Assembly (NCBI GenBank): GCA_002269645.1
Contig: NIVC01000337.1
Coordinates: 434,001-498,000 of the forward strand
DNA: 64,000 nt
DNA from: Macrostomum lignano
Lineage: Eukaryota
Direction of reading: 5' to 3'
Position numbers and translations under genes: made by a program. Shown here in pieces: positions 14,186 to 23,573 of the stretch. How positions within the stretch are numbered: position 1 is the first letter of the stretch; the number at the start of each line of letters is the position of its first letter. A model generated the notes under the pieces. It was not told the origin of the DNA. It saw nothing but the letters and a program-made list of their open reading frames with translations, and did not search any database.

Positions 14186-14523
14186 AGTCAGTCACAGAAT
14201 GAATCAAAAAAGAAACTCTAGATTATCAGTCTTTTATTATGGCTTCAGCGCCTTTTGAAACAACAGAATTTATACATACATGTACTCGTAGTTTATTAAA
14301 AACTCAGTCCCTGGCTCTATACTGCCTGCATTAATGACGTCTATAAATAAGAACAATTTACGAGTAATTAGCGTTCATAAATTAATGTACGTCAACTTCT
14401 ACTATCAGTAGGTAGGTTAGGATATTGCTGAATGATCAGTTTAGTTGAACGCTTTTTACCATAGACAAGCCTAATGAAGAGATCGATTGCATCACTCTCG
14501 CGCCTTACTGCATGCCGGCGCAG

Positions 14524-16221
14524 TCACTGCCGCGCATCCGCAGCCAGCAGGACCTGGACGTCTCCGAATATCACAGCCTCAGAGTCTTCGTCCCGCAGAG
14601 CCGCGAACTCCCGCGCCAGCCGCTCCAGGCGGTCGCTGCCGCCGCCGTCGCCGAGGCCGAGCAGCACCTGCGGAATGTCGACGTAGAAGTCGCCGAGCGG
14701 CGAGCGAAGCCGGTCCTCGGCGCTGCTCACTGCAAAGCACGCGTTCGGGCGGCCCGCGAGCCGCGGCGCAAGTCGCTCGGCCAGTCTCGGCTCGGGGTCA
14801 ACCAAGGTCACGCCGCCGTACGGGCCCACCGTGTCGCAGTAGAACTCGAGAAGCGGGGCGAAACCGCAGCCCAGCTCGAGCACCTGCTGGCCTGGCAGCG
14901 GGGGAGCGTCAAGAAAGCATCCGATTTTGTGCTGTTACCCAATGTAGCATCGGGCAGGGACCGGGCTCTGCATGCCGGTGAAGCAGGAGATAGATAATGA
15001 CTCTCACTGTATGACCTCTGGAGTGACCTCTGTCAATCATCATGACTCTCACTGTATGACCTCTGGAGTGACCTCTGTCAATCATCAAGACTCTCACTGT
15101 ATGACTGAAATGTAGCCATTTCCACCGCATGCGTTTTAGCACATAACTCCATCTATGCACTTTCATCTGCTGATTCGCTAAACGCAGGCTACCAATAGCA
15201 GCCTAACATCGCGCTGTATTTCAATGCACGAAAGTACGAAGCAGTCCTTAGACCTCTCTTGGAACTCCCCTTGTACTTCTTACACTCTAGCCAGCTCACA
15301 GACCCTTTATCCATTTCCTCTACTTCCGACTCATTGGCAAAATAATTAAAGACATTGATAAAAACCAAACCAATCAAACCTACAGTTCACACCCGATCGA
15401 CAAGCAATACAGGCATAGCCTCGAACACCAGATCAGCCGAGAGTACTGATAAGTATCGATATATTCCGTTTCTGACTGCTTCATACTTAGTACTTAAGAA
15501 GCTTACATCCTTTGTATTTACGTGAACTCCATCAGTGATTTCGATTGGAAATATACCATCTCAAGAGAAGGTTTAACACCGCAGGAAAACACAGTCGGAC
15601 TTGCCGCTCATTGTTTAATCTTAGAATACTCGGACGCAGATCCGACAGAGAGCTGAAACAACAACTAAAAGTATTACATGACCTCTGGAGTGACCTCTGT
15701 CATACATCATGACTCTCACGGGATGACCTCCGGAGTGACCTCTGTCAATCATCATGACTCTCACGGGATGACCTCCGGAGTGACCTCTGTCAATCATCAT
15801 GACTCTCACGGGATGACCTCCGGAGTGACCTCTGTCAATCATCGTGACTCTCACGGGATGACCTCCGGAGTGACCTCTGTCAATCATCATGACTTTCACG
15901 GGATGACCACCGGAGTGATCTCTGTCAATCATCGTGACTTTCACGGGATGACCACCGGAGTGATCTCTGTCAATCATCGTGACCATTTGCAGAATGGGCA
16001 GCTCCCAAGATCAAGTAAATGAAAGCAATCTGAGCAGAGGCTGGCACCGGCCCCTTCACTCCCACGCACCTTCTGCTAGACCGGCTTTCTTCAGAAATTT
16101 GATCATCCTATCCTGCTTCAGCTCGAATTCGCGCCTCACGATGTCCTCCATGGCAAAGAAGTCATGGTGGTGAGGGTCGCTATGAGCCTTGATGCCTCGG
16201 CTGCTGGTGGCTGTGCGACAT
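14524..16221 (-). pseudogene. Damaged paralogue of the SAM methyltransferase. Exon 1 is 16221-16070 (frameshifted from the homologous ATG; an in-frame ATG exists at 16151). Exon 2 is 14891-14524 with a 324 bp in-frame deletion
   Basis: Exon 1 reads HHHDFFAMEDIVRREFELKQDRMIKFLKKAGLAE^G with donor GAAG|GTGCGT. Exon 2 has acceptor CCAG|GC and reads QQVLELGCGFAPLL...SSAED-RLRSPLGDFYVD, lacking the FDLAV..HHL..LRPGGRLVILD core of the intact copy. Confidence 0.85.
14998..15985. repeat. 45 bp minisatellite (ATGACCTCCGGAGTGACCTCTGTCAATCATCATGACTCTCACGGG) in two blocks, 14998-15108 and 15677-15985, within the pseudogene intron
   Basis: Same unit on both sides of ~570 bp of unique sequence. Confidence 0.9.
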
Positions 16222-16364
16222 TTGCTGCTCAAGCTGGAGCAGGTTTGTGCTGGTGCAACTTAAACTCTTGCAGAAAAATTAAAGCAGCCTTGAAAATTCT
16301 AACTTCAACTCCGATTTCTAGATTAAGATTAGCAATCGATTTCATGTGCCAGCCTGGGAATCTG

Positions 16365-17105
16365 GGAGGGCGGCAGCGGTGGCCCAGCAACTGAGGATCA
16401 GGGAGGCTGGCCCAGCAACTGAGGATCAGGGAGGCTGGCCCAGCAATTGAGGATCAGGGAGGCTGGCCCAGCAATTGAGGATCAGGGAGGCTGGCCCAGC
16501 AACTGAGGATCAGGGAGGCTGGCCCAGCAACTGAGGATCTGGGAGGCTGGCCCAGCAATTGAGGATCAGGGAGGCTGGCCCAGCAACTGAGGATCAGGGA
16601 GGCTGGCCCAGCAACTGAGGATCTGGGAGGCTGGCCCAGCAATTGAGGATCAGGGAGGCTGGCCCAGCAACTGAGGATCAGGGAGGCTGGCCCAGCAACT
16701 GAGGATCTGGGAGGCTGGCCCAGCAACTGAGGATCTGGGAGGCTGGCCCAGCAATTGAGGATCTGGGAGGCTGGCTCAACAACTGAGGATCTGGGAGGCT
16801 GGCCCAGCAATTGAGGATCTGGGAGGCTGGCCCAGCAACTGAGGATCTGGGAGGCTGGCCCAGCAACTGAGGATCTGGGAGGCTGGCCGAGCAACTGAGG
16901 ATCTGGGAGGCTGGCCCAGCAACTGAGGATCAGGGAGGCTGGCCCAGCAATTGAGGATCAGGGAGGCTGGCCCAGCAATTGAGGATCTGGGAGGCTGGCC
17001 CAGCAACTGAGGATCAGGGAGGCTGGCCCAGCAACTGAGGATCTGGGAGGCTGGCCCAGCAACTGAGGATCTGGGAGGCTGGCCCAGCAACTGAGGATCT
17101 GGGAG
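16365..17105. repeat. Minisatellite A, second array (28 bp, GGAGGCTGGCCCAGCAACTGAGGATCWG)
   Basis: Tandem copies homologous to 9885-10905. Confidence 0.97.
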
Positions 17106-17429
17106 GTGGCGGGGGTCGGGCTAACGACTTCCTAAAACTGAAAAAGCATAAATCAGAAGCACAAAGCCCATCTTTCAATCAGTAAGCACTGGGGTGTCAG
17201 TAGTGACAATCGGGTATTATATAAATAACGAAACTCAAAGTGTCAACAAAGCTTTTATTTTATTCGATGAACTGAATTTCCAGGCAAAAAACGCAATCAG
17301 ACTCTCTGGCATGAGCTGTCATTCCTGCTTTGGAAGAGAATAAGAAAATTTAAAGCAAACCTCTGAAAATTCAACAATAATCTCAGTACCTTTTTGCCAG
17401 TTGTCACTCAAACTACTTATAATAATTTG

Positions 17430-18050
17430 CCATCAGTCCCAGTCACTCCTCATCAATCCCAGTCACTCCTCACCAATCCCAGTCACTCCTCACCAATCCC
17501 AGTCACTCCTCACCAATCCCAGTCACTCCTCACCAATCCCTGTCACTCCTCACCAATCCCAGTCACTCCTCACCAATCCCAGTAACTCCTCACCAATCCC
17601 TGTCACTCCTCACCAATCCTAGTCACTCTCATCAATCCCTGTCACTCCTCACCAATCCCTGTCACTCCTCACTAATCCCTGTCACTCCTTAGCAATCCCT
17701 GTCACTCCTCACCAATCCCAGTCACTCCTCACCAATCCTAGTCACTCTCATCAATCCCAGTCACTCCCCAGCAATCCCAGTCACTCCTCAGCAATCCCAG
17801 TCACTCCCCAGCAATCCCAGTCACTCCTCACCAATCCCAGTCACTCCCCAGCAATCCCAGTCACTCCTCAGCAATCCCAGTCACTCCTTAGCAATCCCAG
17901 TCACTCCTCACCAATCCTAGTCACTCTCATTAATCCCAGTCACTCCCCAACAATCCCAGTCACTCCCCAGCAATCCGAGTCACTCCTCACCAATCCCAGT
18001 CACTCCCCAGCAATCCCAGTCACTCCTCAGCAATCCCAGTCACTCCCCCG
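17430..18050. repeat. Minisatellite B, second array (20 bp, CTCCTCACCAATCCCAGTCA variants), abutting the methyltransferase stop codon
   Basis: Tandem copies homologous to 11850-14185. Confidence 0.95.
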
Positions 18051-18056
18051 CTGAAG

Positions 18057-20301
18057 TCACGGACGCTCGGCCGCCACCAGGAGGTTAATGTTGGAGAACA
18101 GCTCGGCTTCGGGGTCTCCCTGCTGCAGCGTCGGCAGCCCCTGGCCCAGCAGCTCGGCGACCTCCTCCTTGGTGATGCGGCCGAGGCTGGCCAGCTCATG
18201 CAGCGAGTGCTTCACGTACGCGTCGACGTAGAAGTCGCCGAGCGGCGAGCGAAGCCGGTCGTGCAACACGAAGGCGTCCCGAAGGCGCACCTCGAAGCCC
18301 GCGGCGGCGAGCGCGGAGCAGCAGCGGGCGGTGACGGGCGAGGCGGCGGGCCGCAGGAGGTCGGCGAGACGCGTCTGGACGGCCAGGGCGGCCGGGTTGG
18401 CGGCCTCGGAGGTGAACAGCCGCAGGGTGTCGTGGATGAAGTCCAGGATCACCAGGCGGCCGCCAGGACGCAGAGCCGAGCGGACGGCGGCCAGGGCGGT
18501 GGCGGTGTCGGCCAGGTGGTGGTACACGTTGGCCATCACGGCCAGGTCGAAGGCGCCTCCTGCCGGCAGCACCGACGCCAGGTCCTCGGCGCTGCTCACT
18601 GCAAAGCGCGCGTTCGGGCGGCTCGCGAGCCGCGGCGCAAGGCGCTCGGCCAGTCTTGGCTCCGGGTCAACCAAGGTCACGCCGCCGGACGGGCCCACCG
18701 TGTCGCAGTAGAACTCGAGCAGCGGGGCGAAGCCGCAGCCCAGCTCGAGCACCTGCTGGCCTGGCAGCGGAATGAAGGTGAAGGGTGAGAATAGTAGGGG
18801 CTGTATCTTAGTGGTCCAGCGCGGCGCTCGTAGATGCCAGCGGCCCAGGCTCGATTCCATGTGCAGTCAACATTAATTTGGGGCTAAATTGCTTCGCACC
18901 TGCTCAGGGGAGTTGGCGGAATGGGCAGCGATAACGTGCGCCATGGTGCACACAGCCCCCTGGCCCTAATAGAAAGGTGAGAATAGGTCGTGTGTCCCGA
19001 TTGGGTGAGCACAGCATGCCTGTGCAGCATACAGGGGGACCCAAAGACACTTTCCAATCCCATCTGTCAAGGGAAAACCCGCAGTTAGGAATGCCCATTC
19101 TGCCTCTCCGGATCTCAGGCCAGACAATTTCTACCAGCTCGTCCGCTACCTGAGGGCGGACAAAGCAACCATCCACCTTATGGACTTTTTGTAGGGAGAG
19201 CGCGCTGCGGACACCAGCACCACCGAATCTCCCTGTGCGACAGCGCAGCACCAGCTGCACGTGGTCGCCAGGGGTCAGCGGAATGGGCGGCGACGCCTCT
19301 TGCATTTTGCAGCTAAGTCAGGCAAGTCCTGATTAGGTCTGGGGTGCCGTGGATGGGTCAGGTATATACTGGATGGGTCAGGTATATACTGGATGGGTCA
19401 GGTGTATCCTGGATGGGTCAGGTGTATCCTGGATGGGTCAGGTATATACTGGATGGGTCAGGTATATACTGGATGGGTCAGGTGTATCCTGGATGGGTCA
19501 GGTATATACTGGATGGGTCAGGTGTATCCTGGATGGGTCAGGTATATACTGGATGGGTCAGGTGTATCCTGGATGGGTCAGGTGTATACTGGATGGGTCA
19601 GGTATATACTGGATGGGTCAGGTGTATCCTGGATGGGTCAGGTATATACTGGATGGGTCAGGTATATACTGGATGGGTCAGGTGTATACTGGATGGGTCA
19701 GGTATATACTGGATGGGTCAGGTATATACTGGATGGGTCAGGTATATACTGGATGGGTCAGGTATATACTGGATGGGTCAGGTATATACTGGATTGGTCA
19801 AGTGAGGCCTAGGTTTGTCCTGGATGGTCAGGTGTACCAGGTGTGTCCTGGATGGGTCAGGTGTACCAGGTGTGTCCTGGATGGGTCAGGTGTACCAGGT
19901 GTGTCCTGGATGGGTCAGGACTCAGGTGTACCAGGTGCGTCCCGGATGGTCGGGTGTACCAGGTGTGTCCTGGATGGGTCAGGTGTACCAGGTGTATCCT
20001 GGATGGGTCAGGTGTACCAGGTGTGTCCTGGATGGGTCAGGTGTATCAGGTGTGTCCTGGATGGGTCAGGTGTACCAGGTGTGTCCTGGATGGGTCAGGC
20101 GTGTATCTGATACTGCATAGGTGTCAGACAGGTCCTGGAAGAAATCTGCATTTCCCTTTCACTCTCACCTTCTGCTAGACCGGCTTTCTTAAGAAAGTCA
20201 GTCAGCCTGTCCTTCTTCAGTTCAAAGTCGCGCTTTAAGATGTCTTCGAAGTCAAAAAAGTCGTGTTGATGCTGTTGGTGCTGCTGGTGACTCTGCGACA
20301 T
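18057..20301 (-). CDS. Class I SAM-dependent methyltransferase (UbiE/Methyltransf_11/31-like), 278 aa. Exons 20301-20169 and 18760-18057
   Basis: Phase-1 GT-AG intron (GAAG|GTGAGA ... CCAG|GC) joins KKAGLAE-G-QQVLELGCGF (motif I). Downstream are VGPSGGVTLVD (acidic end of beta2), FDLAVMANVYHHL and LRPGGRLVILD. Exon lengths sum to an intact frame. Confidence 0.9.
19350..20100. repeat. Intronic minisatellite, 20 bp unit (GGATGGGTCAGGTATATACT) changing to a ~30 bp derivative after ~19810
   Basis: Tandem copies within the methyltransferase intron. Confidence 0.95.
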
Positions 20302-20599
20302 TGCTCAAAAAGCTGAAGCAGGTTTCTGAAAATTGAAAGCGCAATTTCTAATTCATAACCGCCGATATGAGCAGCCTTGAAGCTATACTTGGGTGTCCAA
20401 AGTAGCTAATACTTGGGCTAGATTGGCAATTCTGATACTCGTAGACTGGGTGTTGCCGAACAAAACCAAGCAATCTCGCTCAGAAAATTGACATTGACAA
20501 CAGGCACTTAAGAGCCAGAGTGGAATTATAAATTGCTGTAGAAAATATTCAAGCATTTTTATATGGCTCTATGGAAAAGAACGTTGCTATTTATCCGCA

Positions 20600-21135
20600 T
20601 CACTCCGCTAGCACCCACCTCACTCCGCTAGCACCCACCTCACTCCGCTAGCACCCACCTCACTCCGCTAGCACCCACCTCACTCCACTGGCACCCACCT
20701 CCCTCCGCTAGCACCCCCTCACTCCACTGGCACCCACCTCCCTCCGCTAGCACCCCCTCACTCCACTGGCACCCACCTCCCTCCGCTAGCACCCCCTCAC
20801 TCCACTGGCACCCACCTCCCTCCGCTAGCACCCCCTCACTCCACTGGCACCCACCTCCCTCCGCTAGCACCCCCTCACTCCACTGGCACCCACTTCCCTC
20901 CGCTAGCACCCCCTCACTCCACTGGCACCCACCTCCCTCCGCTAGCACCCCCTCACTCCACTGGCACCCACCTCCCTCCGCTAGCACCCCCCTCACTCCA
21001 CTGGCACCCACTTCCCTCCGCTGGAACTCACCTCACGCCGATGACACCCTAATGGCACCCACCTCACTTCGCTGATACCCACCTCACTCCGCTAACACCC
21101 ACCTCACGCCGCTGACACTCACCTCACGCCGCTGA
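20600..21135. repeat. Minisatellite E, 20 bp unit (CACTCCGCTAGCACCCACCT) with a 40 bp dimeric variant
   Basis: Tandem copies; reverse-complement copies occur at 23010-23125. Confidence 0.93.
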
Positions 21136-21844
21136 CTCTCACCTCACTCCATTTCATTGGATTATACAAGGGCTAGATTAGCAATGCATTAATTTGTTAG
21201 AAATTCACTGCACATCACAAATTACAATGTCATTACTCGTATATATTATGCTACCTAATGCTGAATCGAATATGCAGAGAAATAAAAAAGAGCTCTCGAG
21301 CAGTTGATTTGCGCATCAAATTGATTATCCTTGAATTGTCAGCTGCAGCTGAACTCTCCAGCGGTTGAATAAACTATTGACTTTTTATTTGGAATGCACT
21401 CTGACTCAATACCAGCTATATAATTGTGAAAGCAGACTGAATTGCAAACAGGCAACAGAAGCAACAAAAGTTTCTTGAAGAAAACCAAAAAGTACAGCGA
21501 ATTAAATGTGGGATTCAACACGGCAACTGGCCGACACCGATAAAAACTGAAAGCAGAAGACAGAGAAGCCAAAACGAGTGTGGGTACTGAAAGGCAGACA
21601 ATAGAGCTGAACTTAGCATTGGCCAGGAGCTCGGGAATACTTGCTGTTGGAAAGAAAAAGTTGCTGACAAATGCACCTTTTGATTCAAGAGCCACCAGCG
21701 GAACAGGATGCTGGAGCGAATTATGATGCAGCTGTAATAGCAGCGTTTAACAAATATAACAACCTTTACTATATTGTTATTCAAGTCACGTCAAGAGAAC
21801 CCTGGATACGAGCGTAGCGCAAAGGGGACTAATTAATGAAGCAG

Positions 21845-22340
21845 TCACGTGATCTCTGGGGATCCACTATTCAGTCACGTGATCTCTGGGGATCCACTAT
21901 TCAGTCACGTGATCTCTGGGGATCCACTATTCAGTCACGTGATCTCTGGGGATCCACTATTCAGTCACGTGATCTCTGGGGATCCACTATTCAGTCACGT
22001 GATATCTGATGATCCACTATTCAGTCACCTCATCTCTGGGGATCCACTATTTAGTCACGTGACATCTGGGATCCACTATTCAGTCACGTGATATCTGATG
22101 ATCCACTATTCAGTCACGTGATCTCTGGGGATCTGCTATTCAGTCAGGTGACCTCTGGGATCCACTATTCAGTCACATGACCTCTGATGATCCACTATTC
22201 AGTCACGTGATCTCTGGGGATCCACTATTCAGTCACATGATCTCTGATGATCCACTATTCAGTCACATGATCCCATTATTCAGTCACGTGATCGCTGATG
22301 ATCCACTATTCAGTCACATGATCCCATTATTCAGTCACGT
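21845..22340. repeat. Minisatellite, 30 bp unit (CAGTCACGTGATCTCTGGGGATCCACTATT)
   Basis: Tandem copies; source of the HVISGDPLFS repeat ORFs. Confidence 0.93.
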
Positions 22341-23009
22341 GATTTCAAAGCCGGGTTCCTGAAGAAGACACATCTCATGACTCGGTTCAAGCCCGTGTGG
22401 CGTGAGAAAAATCCAATAAAATACAAATTGAAACAAAATCCAATTAAAACAAAGCCATACACAAAGAGACCCAATCACCGATAAACGCGAGCGCAAATGA
22501 AGAAAAACAAAAAAGGAAACTCCAAAAACAGTCTAAAATTATTAAATAACCGTCGAATGAAAAAAGATTGCAACGTTCTCAACAAAAATCTACTCTGCGT
22601 GGAAAGACACAAAAGACCTCTTTGGAGCCAAAGTATTTCTATCAAGCAAACGAAAAAAATAATTTAGGCAAAAATAAGACATCCAATAAATATTTGACAC
22701 TTATGCGCTAAATGCTCTGCAACAGTGCACAGGAAACACAACAACAACCAGAAACCGGTGACCAAAGATCTAACAGCGAACAGAAAAAAATAAACCCGCT
22801 CAGAAACCATTACATTGATAACAGGTGCCGAAGAGACCAAGCCCGATTGGGATTACAAGCATCTATAAATGATGAGCTAATTAAGCAATTTTATACGGCT
22901 TTAAGGAAAAAAATTGCATTTATCTGCCGCACTCCGCCGGCACCCACCCCACACTCCGCTTCGCTCATAATTCGAACCGCTGGAAGCCTCTCCAAAAGCC
23001 GCAAGCTCG

Positions 23010-23125
23010 AGTGAGGTGGGTGCTAGCGGAGTGAGGTGGGTGCTAGCGGAGTGAGGTGGGTGCTAGCGGAGTGAGGTGGGTGCTAGCGGAGTGAGGTGGG
23101 TGCTATCGGAGTGAGGTGGGTGCTC
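23010..23125. repeat. Minisatellite E in inverted orientation, just 3' of the RBBP6-like stop codon
   Basis: GAGTGAGGTGGGTGCTAGCG repeated 5-6 times. Confidence 0.9.
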
Positions 23126-23138
23126 AGACACTCTCATT

Positions 23139-23538
23139 CTATAGAGCAAAGCTTTTGCCCACAGTCTTGTCAATGACACCGTCGTCCACGGAGTTGACGC
23201 GCGCATCGTTATAGTCGCATTTTTCCACAACGAAAATATCGTCCCCAATAGAGCTGTCGCCGCCGTCAGTCTCGGACTCGCATTCGCCCTCCTCTCGATC
23301 CGATTCCGTTCTGTCCGGCAGGGCGGCTGCCGACGCGGCCGAGCAGGCCATCTCTTCGAGTTTTGCCTTATCGAATTTCACGCTTCCGTCGGTGCGGACA
23401 GGGGAGATAACGACTGCGGGGGCGTCGGCGATTGGCTGCTGAGCATCGGGAGCTTCCACAGGCGCAGTAGCTGCCGCCGATGATGTGCCGCTGCTGCAGT
23501 ACTGATCGATCATCCTGTTGGTTGTGGCGAATTAGAAA

Positions 23539-23573
<35 letters not shown>

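Noticed and set aside
11823-14258. 811 aa ORF rich in S/P/Q (mucin-like)
   Set aside because: It is the translation of a 20 bp minisatellite that happens to lack stops; it has no unique coding flanks.
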